Shown here: positions 28,858 through 38,415 of the stretch, in pieces
Layout: every line of letters starts with the position of its first letter
Position numbering within the stretch: the stretch's first letter is position 1
IMG/VR virus record: IMGVR_UViG_3300032287_003869
Location: 27,810 to 91,809 of that record
Length of the DNA: 64,000 bases
Origin: a virus
Reading direction: 5' to 3' (one strand)
Notes under the pieces: model-generated
The model's input: the letters and a program-made list of their open reading frames with translations, nothing else
What the model was told of the DNA's origin: nothing
Databases searched by the model: none
Made by a program: the position numbers and the translations under genes

Positions 28858-29070
28858 GTGAAGTTTCATAAACAGGCTAACGCTCTCTTAGAGGGATATA
28901 ACTCTATTTTAACTAAATCTAGGATGTTTTATCCTAGAAATTTCAATCTTTCCAAAGAATTTCTTAATTCATTCAAGAAAGAGGTTGCTAGGTTGAAAGC
29001 CGAGAATGTTGGAGAAAAAGACATTGTGAGAAAAATCACAAAAGCACTTCATTTCCACGTTAAAGATTAA
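28858..29070 (+). CDS. Small late protein
   Basis: MKFHKQANALLE N-terminus; TAAATA 5 nt upstream. Confidence 0.6.
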   Translation: MKFHKQANALLEGYNSILTKSRMFYPRNFNLSKEFLNSFKKEVARLKAENVGEKDIVRKITKALHFHVKD

Positions 29071-29633
29071 AAGTATTTTAAAACCTTTGTCTCAAAGGTA
29101 GCATCACCCACGACTGCTGTCGTGGAAGAAATTGTGATGGTATAGGTGTAGGGGAGAGGGTCCGGAGGGGAGCCTGGATTCTGTATCGAGGACAACAACA
29201 ATGCCCATGTCATTTTTGAGGCACTTCCATTTGTAGGAATCACATTTATATCACTAACTCTTATACTTCCAATTTCACTATTAAAATTAGTCTGTCCCTT
29301 ATATGCTCCATTTAATACTGTGATAGCGGTTGGATACACTTCAAAATATCTAGGATAATTTGCTGTTAATGCACTTATCTTTGTATTAACGGCACTTAAT
29401 ACGTTTGTGGAAAGGGTTTGAAACTTGCTATCAACAGTAGCGGACATTGAAACTTGTTTCGAACAAACACTTTCTATAGTAGTGTAAAACGATGCATTTT
29501 CTGGCCCAATTACAAAGTTTTGGAAATCCAAAATATAAGTCCCTTGGTCATTTTCCACTATAAGATAATTACCGTCTACAATTTCTTCTAATTCGGGTAA
29601 TTCCTTTATGTTTGTTTCGTTGTATAACGCCAT
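29067..29633 (-). CDS. Putative virion structural (tail/baseplate-associated) protein
   Basis: TATAAATA upstream; NIKELPE..EI..G.YLIVE N-terminus; S/T-rich. Confidence 0.55.
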   Translation of the reverse strand: MALYNETNIKELPELEEIVDGNYLIVENDQGTYILDFQNFVIGPENASFYTTIESVCSKQVSMSATVDSKFQTLSTNVLSAVNTKISALTANYPRYFEVYPTAITVLNGAYKGQTNFNSEIGSIRVSDINVIPTNGSASKMTWALLLSSIQNPGSPPDPLPYTYTITISSTTAVVGDATFETKVLKYF

Positions 29634-29667
29634 TTGAATTATTTATACTTTAAGCTAAATCATCTAT

Positions 29668-30489
29668 ATGGTATTCGTAGGTATTGTTACTTGTAATAGA
29701 GAAGATTTTTTCAAAAAATGCTACGACTCTGTAAAGAGTTCAATAGGAGTGGATTTTATAGCCGTAGTTAACGATGGAAAAACAGAAGTAAATGTCGATA
29801 AAGACGACATTTATATAAAAAATAAAGTAAATTTAGGGGTCGGAAAGAGCAAAAATACATTGTTCAGAGAGGCATTTAAATTAAAAAAACAAGGTAAGGA
29901 CATTCAACACGTATTCATTATTGAAGATGACATTGTGATGAAAGATCCGAATGTGTTCAACGAATACATAAAGGCCAGAAACATTACAGGGATACAGCAC
30001 TTTTGTTTTGCATATCATGGTCCAGCCAATAAAAACGGAATATCTGGAGGAAAACCATGCCCAAGATATATCATTGATTATGGAAACTCAAAAATAGCAA
30101 TCAACACTCATAGCGTTGGTGCATTTTGTTATTATACAACAGAAGTTTTGGAAAAAGTTGGACTGATAGATGAGAACTTTCACAATGCATTTGAACACGT
30201 TGAGCATTCTTATAGAATAGCAAAAGAGGGATATACGACACCATATTGGAATTGGGCTGATCTTGCAAACAGCATGGATTTACTGGATGAAATTCAATGC
30301 TCGGAGCAAAGCAGCACAATAAGACCAAGAAAAGACTGGAAAGACAATATTATAAAGGGCGCATCTTTGTTTCAAAGAAAACATGGATATTCTCCAGCAT
30401 GGCAAAATGCTGTCCCAGATACATCTGAAAAAGATGTAAAGGAAACTATGAAGAATATCTTCAAGAAGTTTGCTCGGAACTCCCCATAG
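29668..30489 (+). CDS. GT2-family glycosyltransferase
   Basis: GIVTCNR, VVNDG, NLGVGKSKN, FIIEDDI, VGLIDENF..AFEHVE. Confidence 0.85.
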   Translation: MVFVGIVTCNREDFFKKCYDSVKSSIGVDFIAVVNDGKTEVNVDKDDIYIKNKVNLGVGKSKNTLFREAFKLKKQGKDIQHVFIIEDDIVMKDPNVFNEYIKARNITGIQHFCFAYHGPANKNGISGGKPCPRYIIDYGNSKIAINTHSVGAFCYYTTEVLEKVGLIDENFHNAFEHVEHSYRIAKEGYTTPYWNWADLANSMDLLDEIQCSEQSSTIRPRKDWKDNIIKGASLFQRKHGYSPAWQNAVPDTSEKDVKETMKNIFKKFARNSP

Positions 30490-31402
30490 TCTCTCTTTTA
30501 TTCGTCTTTGGGTCTAGCAAATGGAGAGTGTTTTTCTTGTTAGAAAAACAATTCATGGACCCAGCTATTTTTGTCATTTGAGCACTATGAAGACCGACAA
30601 CTGCTTTACATTGTTTCAATATCTCGACATTCTTCATGAACATTAAAGTTTCCTGCTCTCTTAATGCTGGATTTCTAGTAACCATATCAGCATTTGACAT
30701 TTTTTGATCACCATATCTTTTCTCTTCACTATCATATACGAAATTATATTGAGGATATTTTTTTTCCATTTCGTGTATATAATCCAACTCATCACTTGTT
30801 ACAAAAAAAGAATCTCCAAGATTATTTTCTTCAACGTATTTGAAAAGATATTCGTCTGAAAGATAAGATGTTTCCATTATCTTATCGCCCCTACGAAGGT
30901 GCAATGCTGTTAAGTTTTTAAATCCTTTTATCTCGTATTTCTCTTTGATAAAGTCGATACATTCTTCCACCTTGTCCTTGTATGTTTTATTCAATTTCAG
31001 CAAACCATACATATATCCAGAATACATTGTGTAATCGGCATCATTTGGACACCAGCATTGATACTTGTGCATGTTTTCACTATTCCAATATTTCCCAAAA
31101 TCGAAAAACACAACCTCTTTGTCATTTTCTGTGAAGTCGAATATTTCGACTTCTTTTATTCCCTTCTTTTTTAAAGTATCAAGATTCACGTCAAATTGCT
31201 TGAAAGGATCTTCATACACATAACTCGTATACCTGAAAATAGGAGTTCTTCCAAATGCATGTCCAATTTGCATAATCAGTTTTCTTCTGGCATACATTGC
31301 CCCAAAACCACCCCATTCAATGTCGCCTATAATATATTTTTTAGAATCAAATAATTCGTAATTCACTTTCTTATTGAGAAGAATTTTGAAAGAAATCAAC
31401 AT
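30461..31402 (-). CDS. GT23-like (FUT8/NodZ-type) fucosyltransferase; start uncertain
   Basis: GFGA, ALHLRRGDK, FFVTSDE motifs. Confidence 0.7.
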   Translation of the reverse strand: MLISFKILLNKKVNYELFDSKKYIIGDIEWGGFGAMYARRKLIMQIGHAFGRTPIFRYTSYVYEDPFKQFDVNLDTLKKKGIKEVEIFDFTENDKEVVFFDFGKYWNSENMHKYQCWCPNDADYTMYSGYMYGLLKLNKTYKDKVEECIDFIKEKYEIKGFKNLTALHLRRGDKIMETSYLSDEYLFKYVEENNLGDSFFVTSDELDYIHEMEKKYPQYNFVYDSEEKRYGDQKMSNADMVTRNPALREQETLMFMKNVEILKQCKAVVGLHSAQMTKIAGSMNCFSNKKNTLHLLDPKTNKRETMGSSEQTS

Positions 31403-31434
31403 TTGTTTTTCAAAAACACATTCTAAATATCATC

Positions 31435-32112
31435 ATGGAAAAAGATTCAAAATTTATAGAAGAATGTACAGGAGCCTGCGATTGGGATTCTTTAATTTTA
31501 AAAAGATTTTTGGAGTTTGTTCCAGAAAATTCTATTGTTGCGGACATAGGCGCTAATCATGGAATATTCACTTTGAATATTACTAAAAACATAAAAACAA
31601 AACAAATATATGCGATTGAGCCTGATCATCAAAACTTTGAAATATTGAAACTCGGAACAAAAGGAGAATCAAATGTTAACCTCATAAATGCAGCTGTTTC
31701 TGATCATAATGGTGAAGTCGATATTTGGGATGGAAACGGGGATCATGCCACAAGAAACATTCTTGGGGAAAAGTCATTTTGGGGAGAAGGTAGAATTAAG
31801 AGAAAGACATGCACTGTGGATTGCGCCACATTGGATTATATTTTTGGTGAAAAATTGAAAGTCGCCCCAGACGCCTGTAAAATTGATGTTGAGGGCGCTG
31901 AATTATTGGCATTTGAGGGTGGGAAGAAGACAATTCCAAAAATGAAATGTTTATTTGTGGAATGCCACACCAATGAAACATATCAGGGTATTGTGAAAAT
32001 GTCTTTGGAAAACAATTGGGAAATATTTTGTCTCAAAAATCTCCACAAAATAACTTCAGTGGAAGAACTCGATTTCTGTTACCAAGTTATTATTTTTCCA
32101 CAAGGGAAATAA
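31435..32112 (+). CDS. FkbM-family methyltransferase
   Basis: DIGANHG, AIEPD, KIDVEGAE. Confidence 0.9.
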   Translation: MEKDSKFIEECTGACDWDSLILKRFLEFVPENSIVADIGANHGIFTLNITKNIKTKQIYAIEPDHQNFEILKLGTKGESNVNLINAAVSDHNGEVDIWDGNGDHATRNILGEKSFWGEGRIKRKTCTVDCATLDYIFGEKLKVAPDACKIDVEGAELLAFEGGKKTIPKMKCLFVECHTNETYQGIVKMSLENNWEIFCLKNLHKITSVEELDFCYQVIIFPQGK

Positions 32113-32971
32113 TTCGTTCACAAACCTTATCCAAGGTAAAGAAGTTTTTATACGCTTCTTTACCGTTTTGTGACATAACATCTATTTCGGATTGAGTCTT
32201 GGATTTTAAAATATCTTTAAGATTTTCAATATTTTTTACATCCAAAACAACACTAAATGAGTTGTAATTCAATACGTCAGAGAAAGGAAGATATGGAACA
32301 TCGTCATATATGTAAACAGGAATCGATCCAAGTTGCAATGTTTCGTAAAACCTAAAACTCTGTTTACCATAACCCCTTGCACATATTGTAAAAACCGATT
32401 TTTTAGTTGTTTCCCTGAATATATCCAAATCACTCTTGTTGATATTATATTGCCAAGTTTTACTGGATATATGAAAATCGCTGTCTTTTTTACAATATTC
32501 TATCGTTTTTCTCCTGACATCGTGAGTCTCTGATCCAACAAAACTACAAAATATACTTTTATCGTATTTTACACCATCGTCAGGAATAGGAGAACATACT
32601 AAAGGAATAGGTATCCCCTTTGGATAATTACCACCAGCGGAATAAACATCCACATCCAAGTGTTCTGTTTTTTCACTTGGAGCATCATCGTGCTGTGAAA
32701 CTATAAAATATTTTTTATCTTTTGGTATTGTATTAAGATAACATTGGATGACAGGATTCTTGTAATTGTGTATCCAATTTCTTAGATATATATTTGTCCA
32801 AAATATTGGAAGATAATATCTGGAATACTCTTTATCCAAACAATTTTTAATGAAATAATCGCAAAAATATTCCTCCAAATAAAGACCTTGATGGTAACAA
32901 GGATAGGGGGGAAGAGGGTATTTTATCCTCAAATAAGTAGTATCATGGAACAGTTTCTCTTGAAAGTTCAC
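32090..32971 (-). CDS. Exostosin-family (GT47) glycosyltransferase
   Basis: SFVGS, SVFTICARGYGKQSFRFYETLQLGSIPVYI, YLPF. Confidence 0.85.
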   Translation of the reverse strand: MNFQEKLFHDTTYLRIKYPLPPYPCYHQGLYLEEYFCDYFIKNCLDKEYSRYYLPIFWTNIYLRNWIHNYKNPVIQCYLNTIPKDKKYFIVSQHDDAPSEKTEHLDVDVYSAGGNYPKGIPIPLVCSPIPDDGVKYDKSIFCSFVGSETHDVRRKTIEYCKKDSDFHISSKTWQYNINKSDLDIFRETTKKSVFTICARGYGKQSFRFYETLQLGSIPVYIYDDVPYLPFSDVLNYNSFSVVLDVKNIENLKDILKSKTQSEIDVMSQNGKEAYKNFFTLDKVCERIISLVEK

Positions 32972-33626
32972 TCTTAATATATTCTAATAGTTTGATTTTA
33001 TTGTTCACACCGACAGTCCAATTGGCATGGTGCATTAAAATTGATTTTGGAATATTATCATATTCCTCACCATTCCATACAGCATTTCCAGTATTATATG
33101 CTATCGTGTAATACTTGTCTTCAGGAAATGTTCTCCAATTCAGAGAATTTCTACCAAAGTAGTTGAAAGCATACTGGTCATGTTCGAACTTGTCAATGTG
33201 TAAAATAGAATTTTCGAAAACTTTTTTTAATTTTTCTGTGCAAGTCATAACCATGAAACCTGTGCATAAAATTACATTTTCTGGACATTTAGGTGTGTCG
33301 CACTGACAAAAAAGATCAACATCGGGTTCCAAGTCTTTATATTTCAATATGTCTTCTGTAAATCCATCGAAGAACTGAATGTCGGGATCAGAATAAATGA
33401 TCCTCTCTCCCATATTGTCTTCAATCGCTTTGATTATGACTTGAACCTTATCGGAAGTTGATTTACGAAATCCGTAAGTGCTATAGGAACCATCATTGCT
33501 AACTTGATCCATTTCTGACACATATAAAGAAAAATCTTTATTTTTATTTTGTTTTTTATATGTGGGGAGGAAATAATTGTCAAAAAACGGTTTATGAGAA
33601 GCGGTAAAAGATGTATATATCTTCAT
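32943..33626 (-). CDS. Nucleotide-diphospho-sugar transferase (GT77-like)
   Basis: YSDPDI, LCTGFM, DQYAFN, HHANW...KIKLL. Confidence 0.8.
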   Translation of the reverse strand: MKIYTSFTASHKPFFDNYFLPTYKKQNKNKDFSLYVSEMDQVSNDGSYSTYGFRKSTSDKVQVIIKAIEDNMGERIIYSDPDIQFFDGFTEDILKYKDLEPDVDLFCQCDTPKCPENVILCTGFMVMTCTEKLKKVFENSILHIDKFEHDQYAFNYFGRNSLNWRTFPEDKYYTIAYNTGNAVWNGEEYDNIPKSILMHHANWTVGVNNKIKLLEYIKSELSRETVP

Positions 33627-34534
33627 AGAAGAGATGGTATGTTATTTATAAATCCGGTTGGAGAAAGATAGTTTTCCCAAATCTCTCTGCATCTTTTTTG
33701 TCTTTCAGCTAAATCGTTTTTTTCACAATACTCTTGTATTTTATCTGGAAGAGAATTCAATTCTTTTTCTTCAACAAAAACTATTTCTTTTTTATAATCA
33801 ATTAAATTTTCAAAAGGAAGAACACAATCCGTATCGATAAAGACTGGAATTCTACCAAAACACATGGTTTCATAGAAACGATAGGAAAAGTTACCACACC
33901 CTCTAGGACAAAGAATAAAGATATTGTTTTGCAAATTATTGAAAAACTTCTCTCTTCCTTTCATCTTATCCACAGATGGGTTTTGAAAGAAAGAGAAAAC
34001 CTCATCATGCTGAATCATGAATCCACTTGTTTTTAATATTTCCAATGCTTCTTTTCTTATCGGCCTATTACTATCTCCGCAAAATCCAATAGAAGCTCTA
34101 TCTGAAAACCCCTTAGAATTCTTCAAAATATCTGGAATGAAAACTGGAAAGGCGAATTCGTTTTTCTTTTTTTCAGATGCAAAGAAAGATGTTCTAAAAA
34201 GTATAACATCTTCAGGAATGTTATAATCCCCTCCGAAATCATCATTGTTCAGGCATATCAATTTCTTTCCATTTTTTCTGGAAAGTTCCAATATATCTAG
34301 GAATCTCTTTTCCAGAGACGATATAAATTTGAATGGGAGAACGAAGTAATCACACTCTTTTTCATCAGCATATTCTATTCCTGTAAGATTTTGAAAAATA
34401 CCTGATTCCCAAAATCTATTTCCATCGATATGATCTTTTGCTTGTTTGGAAAGAAGAGGATAGGTGAAAAGAAGCTCAGTGACCAATTCAAGGTCGGATT
34501 GTTTCAAATATTGTTTAGGAACGTGGTATTTCAT
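33623..34534 (-). CDS. Exostosin-family (GT47) glycosyltransferase
   Basis: IGFCG, FILCPRGCGNFSYRFYETMCFGRIPVFI, VLPF. Confidence 0.85.
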   Translation of the reverse strand: MKYHVPKQYLKQSDLELVTELLFTYPLLSKQAKDHIDGNRFWESGIFQNLTGIEYADEKECDYFVLPFKFISSLEKRFLDILELSRKNGKKLICLNNDDFGGDYNIPEDVILFRTSFFASEKKKNEFAFPVFIPDILKNSKGFSDRASIGFCGDSNRPIRKEALEILKTSGFMIQHDEVFSFFQNPSVDKMKGREKFFNNLQNNIFILCPRGCGNFSYRFYETMCFGRIPVFIDTDCVLPFENLIDYKKEIVFVEEKELNSLPDKIQEYCEKNDLAERQKRCREIWENYLSPTGFINNIPSLL

Positions 34535-35331
34535 GGGTTAAAGTATTTGTTTTCCAGTTCAACTTCATTATCAAAAGGTGTCCAATAATTTTGACCCTTT
34601 CTTCTTAAAAGAACATTGAAAAGAAAATCATGCCACATCTTGCAATCGTCTTTATGTATATTCCAAAGAATATTCTTATTGTATTCCAATTCGGGCGATT
34701 GGTTGGAAGAAACTTCTTCATGCATTATGTGGAAAAGCATTGGAGGCCATTTGTTACAAAAATCGCAATTTCCTATTTTTTTCATTATAGTTGCATAATG
34801 AACATCCCATCCACTTATTGCATAAATGTATTTTGGAAATTCATTTTTATGTTTTTTCCACCATTCTGTTTTTACAGCATATGCATCGAATCCCGCCACT
34901 TGATAATGAGAAATTTCTTTAGGCTGCTCATCTATAGATGATATGTCACCAATTGCCAATCTTGCTGCACAGTAGGTATCGAAATTTGTATTTAAAATAT
35001 GTTTTATAAATCTATCAGAAATAATAATATCCGAATTTACAAAAATAAACATATCGATATCATTTTGGTCGGAATATTCGCAAAGAACATTAAACATGTC
35101 ATGTATCATTGGTAAATCCCTATCAAAACCATTAGTATAGGATTTGCTATGTTCTGTTAATTTTGGAAGAAAAACAATATCATCATTTTTTTGTGGATTT
35201 TCAGAACCCTCAAAATCCATGTTTAAAAGAGTCAATCCAAATTGTTTTTTTAATTTTAAAAGACTTTTTTGAGAAATTTCAACCCTTTTATTCAACGGGT
35301 AGTGTAAATTAAATCCAATGGCAATTCTCAC
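34531..35331 (-). CDS. GT-A fold glycosyltransferase-like protein
   Basis: FIFVNSDII, GFDAY, GWD, FHIMHE; cluster context. Confidence 0.6.
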   Translation of the reverse strand: MRIAIGFNLHYPLNKRVEISQKSLLKLKKQFGLTLLNMDFEGSENPQKNDDIVFLPKLTEHSKSYTNGFDRDLPMIHDMFNVLCEYSDQNDIDMFIFVNSDIIISDRFIKHILNTNFDTYCAARLAIGDISSIDEQPKEISHYQVAGFDAYAVKTEWWKKHKNEFPKYIYAISGWDVHYATIMKKIGNCDFCNKWPPMLFHIMHEEVSSNQSPELEYNKNILWNIHKDDCKMWHDFLFNVLLRRKGQNYWTPFDNEVELENKYFNP

Positions 35332-35353
35332 GAATAAGATTTATTCAAACTCG

Positions 35354-35951
35354 TTATGTTTTCAATCCAAAAAAATAATCATTATGAGTGCCATCCCAAT
35401 TAGGATTGTTTAGAGGATTATAGTTGGTAACATTTTCTAAACACTCATATCCGAAAAAAGAAAGATAATCAAATATTTCTTTTTTATCTTTTTCATATAT
35501 CTCTATTAACATGAAAGATATTTGTTTTTTTGTGAGATCTATTCCCTTGAGAACTTCCAACTCGTAACCCTCAACGTCCAATGAAAGAAAATCTATTTTA
35601 TTAAATCCGCTTTCATCTATTATAGATTGCAATGTTCTTGCTTTAACTGAAACTAAATTTGAATCATTAAGCCTATGCCCACCAACAGAAGACATCGCGT
35701 GTCCATTAAAATTTCCCAAAACTTCATTTTTTTTTATAATCAAAAGAAACACAAGCACTATTAAAAATTTTATTATTCGGTCTAGTTTTTAAGCAAGCAT
35801 CATATCCTACAAAAGACGGCTCAATCAATATTCCACTCCATCCAAAATCATCTTCCAGCCATTTTGTATTGGATTGAAACGCTCCATCATTCGCTCCAAG
35901 TTCAATGTAAGCCCCGTTTCTGAAATCCAAAGACTGCTTGTAAATTGACAT
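35354..35951 (-). pseudogene. FkbM-family methyltransferase interrupted by a frameshift in an A9 run
   Basis: The N-half (IELGANDG, ILIEP) and C-half (FLSLDVEGYE) are in different frames; removing one A from 35727-35735 joins them. Confidence 0.8.
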
Positions 35952-35968
35952 TAAGAATAGTTAAGCAA

Positions 35969-36661
35969 TCAAGCACAACTTTCAACCATCTTCGCTTCTT
36001 GCTCTCTTCTTTTAAGAAGACCATCCAAGCCCTTGCCTTCCCAAAGTCTTTTCATGCTTCTGATTTCTCTAGCAATTCCTTTGTAATCTTTATTGGCAAC
36101 CAAATCTCTGATATTAACCATTTCCACTCTCGATGGCCCTTTAGTTGATGTTCCTCTATTGAAAGCGATACTGACCAATCCTATTTGTGCCTTTTCGCAA
36201 AGCTCATTAGTCTTGGGCCAAAGAGCATTTGTCAATTTCCAGAATTTTGGAAGAGTCCAAGAAACAAAGGCTTTTGATGCATTTTCCCAAGATAATTCTA
36301 TATCTTTCACTTTAGAAAGAGAGTTTTTGGCATTTTCCGCTTTTAACCCAATTACTGATTTTAATCTTGAACACTCTTCTTCTGTAAAAAAGGATGAAAA
36401 ATGTTTATCGAATTCATCTTGAATCATGTATCCCAAATCAGCACCTATGCCCATTGTTATTCCGGATTCACCTTTTGGCCAAGTCATTTTTTTCAAACAT
36501 TTTTCGTAATATGATTTTCCACCAGTTTCAAACTCTATTAAAGGAGTCCAATCGTAATCCAAATATGTTCTTTCTTTTTTAGGCGCTTCTACAACTTTTT
36601 TTTCGGAATCTTGTTCCTTTTTTAAAGCAGAAAATATAAAATTTAAAAATTTAGACAACAT
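35969..36661 (-). CDS. Endolysin, lysozyme-like (pesticin/GH24-like) muramidase
   Basis: FETGG..YY, WPKGESGITMGIGADLG, LVSIAFNRG, GLLKRREQEA. Confidence 0.8.
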   Translation of the reverse strand: MLSKFLNFIFSALKKEQDSEKKVVEAPKKERTYLDYDWTPLIEFETGGKSYYEKCLKKMTWPKGESGITMGIGADLGYMIQDEFDKHFSSFFTEEECSRLKSVIGLKAENAKNSLSKVKDIELSWENASKAFVSWTLPKFWKLTNALWPKTNELCEKAQIGLVSIAFNRGTSTKGPSRVEMVNIRDLVANKDYKGIAREIRSMKRLWEGKGLDGLLKRREQEAKMVESCA

Positions 36662-36846
36662 TAGAAATCAGCTCCTCCTGAAATTTTAAATGAAACTTTA
36701 TTTTTTACATCATCAACAGAATTTATTTTTTTTGCTGAAAATGAAATTGCTGGCCTGATAGAAAGCAATAATCTCAACCAAAAAGGGCGATCATCCTCTT
36801 TTCTACTAGGATTGGTTATGAATCTGGAATAATCCTTTTCAGGCAT
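36661..36846 (-). CDS. Small protein in the lysis cassette
   Basis: 61 aa; coupled to the endolysin start. Confidence 0.5.
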   Translation of the reverse strand: MPEKDYSRFITNPSRKEDDRPFWLRLLLSIRPAISFSAKKINSVDDVKNKVSFKISGGADF

Positions 36847-36851
36847 TTTAT

Positions 36852-37145
36852 TTAATCCTTAGATGCCACCTTTAAATTGGTTACAGCCATTTCGATGGCA
36901 AGATTTAACAAAGAATTAGCAGCATTCATTCCTTCATTCTTTGCAGCATCAGCCAATTTCTCAAAAGCCTGTTCTCTTTTTTCCGAATTGCTGATATTGT
37001 TGTTTTCAGCCAATTCTTTTACGATACCCAATGCTATTGGGAGAAGAACCGTCAAAGACATTCCGACTTGTTTAGTGACCAATGGCCAAACGAATGTCCA
37101 TAGCAATTTAGGAACTCCTAGTATTTTTGATATTAATGATTTCAT
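36852..37145 (-). CDS. Putative holin-like membrane protein
   Basis: Hydrophobic N-half; SEKREQAFEKL...LAIEMAV pattern; upstream of the endolysin. Confidence 0.6.
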   Translation of the reverse strand: MKSLISKILGVPKLLWTFVWPLVTKQVGMSLTVLLPIALGIVKELAENNNISNSEKREQAFEKLADAAKNEGMNAANSLLNLAIEMAVTNLKVASKD

Positions 37146-37483
37146 GGTTTTAAATTGGTAGCTGCTTGAACTGTTTGAGGCCCAACATATCCATCCACAT
37201 CAACAGTAGCGCCAGCATCGTTAAGCATTTGCTGAATTTCTTTTCCATATTTTTTGGAAATATTTGCAGGAATTAGACCGTATGCATAGTCAACCAAAAC
37301 CCAAAGGATTCCGGTAAGGACGTATTCGTTAAGGTAAACCTCAACACCTGGTAGCTTTTGAGCTAGAACAGCAACAGCGGAAGCAACCAACGCCGTCACA
37401 CCCTTAGTGACAAGGGGTCCGCTTTTTGATATTGCCATTTTAACAATCGCTGTTTCTAAGAAGTCTGGAAGTTTTATTTTCAT
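37142..37483 (-). CDS. Membrane protein with a C-terminal peptidoglycan-binding-like motif
   Basis: Two hydrophobic segments; IQQMLN...VDGYVGPQT; TATAAATA upstream. Confidence 0.55.
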   Translation of the reverse strand: MKIKLPDFLETAIVKMAISKSGPLVTKGVTALVASAVAVLAQKLPGVEVYLNEYVLTGILWVLVDYAYGLIPANISKKYGKEIQQMLNDAGATVDVDGYVGPQTVQAATNLKP

Positions 37484-37559
37484 AGCATAATTATTTATAT
37501 CTAGATATATAAGTTTGACAAAATTATTATTTTTTTGTTCAAAAGCGATAAATAATAAT

Positions 37560-37820
37560 ATGGCTCAAAAAATAACTTCTTATCAAACCGCTGAACATGG
37601 TAAATTTGTAGAAATTGTTGGAAATACTCAATATCCAGCTATTTCCGTAGTAAGATGGTCTTATCCAGATACTTCTGATGCATTTCCTGAAAATGCTGGA
37701 TTACCTCCAGTTAGTTCTGTTGACGTATATTCAAAATACGCCGTTTTAGTGGAACCAGTTGGATTAATGGCACAATTGACCACAATGACAAACGTCCTCT
37801 GCGCTATATTGAACAAGTAA
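37560..37820 (+). CDS. Late hypothetical protein
   Basis: Start reassigned to MAQKITSY, 5 nt after TAAATA. Confidence 0.6.
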   Translation: MAQKITSYQTAEHGKFVEIVGNTQYPAISVVRWSYPDTSDAFPENAGLPPVSSVDVYSKYAVLVEPVGLMAQLTTMTNVLCAILNK

Positions 37821-37825
37821 TTTAA

Positions 37826-38200
37826 ATGAAAAAAAATTATTGGCAACCAGATATAGATAACTGGATCATTAACGAAAATGATACCAACAATGTATTTGGG
37901 TCTTCTTCTTTTTTGGCCGACAAAATGGCAAAAAATGTTCCAGTAAAAAGTGAGGAAGAGGATGAAAAACACGACAAACTGGAACAACCATACAAGGGAA
38001 TCGATACTCTTGAGAAGTTAAAAAAAGAAATAACAAGACTTTTGGGCGATATACATCATCTCTCCGAAGGAGATCAAGATGTTAAAAGTAAAACAGACGT
38101 CTACGAAATAATAATTAAAAAATTAGATGAGCCAGATTTAAGGACTATGCTAGATATAGCATCTGAAGAAGTTAAGAAGAGGAATCTTTCTTCTTTTTGA
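37826..38200 (+). CDS. Hypothetical protein
   Basis: 124-aa ORF in the operon. Confidence 0.55.
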   Translation: MKKNYWQPDIDNWIINENDTNNVFGSSSFLADKMAKNVPVKSEEEDEKHDKLEQPYKGIDTLEKLKKEITRLLGDIHHLSEGDQDVKSKTDVYEIIIKKLDEPDLRTMLDIASEEVKKRNLSSF

Positions 38201-38414
38201 TTTTTTTCTTCTTTTTAGGCCATTTTACCAAAACCTGTGACGTGGATGATGGTGCTAATCCTGCGGGACCAGAACCCTTGAATCCCGATGGGACCGAACC
38301 ATGATGAATCACATTTTTAGAAGGAACTGGTGCATGTCTTCCTTGAATCGCTTTCGCTCTTGGGTATACATTATGCCCTTCAAGTATTTTTTGTATTTCC
38401 TTGTTAAATTGCAT
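38172..38414 (-). CDS. Small basic protein with capsid-targeting-like N-terminus
   Basis: MQFNKEIQKILE. Confidence 0.55.
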   Translation of the reverse strand: MQFNKEIQKILEGHNVYPRAKAIQGRHAPVPSKNVIHHGSVPSGFKGSGPAGLAPSSTSQVLVKWPKKKKKIKKKKDSSS

Positions 38415-38415
38415 T

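Noticed and set aside
37496-37509. 14-bp palindrome TATATCTAGATATA at the lysis promoter as an operator
   Set aside because: Several palindromes of this length are expected by chance in 64 kb of AT-rich DNA, and I saw no second copy.
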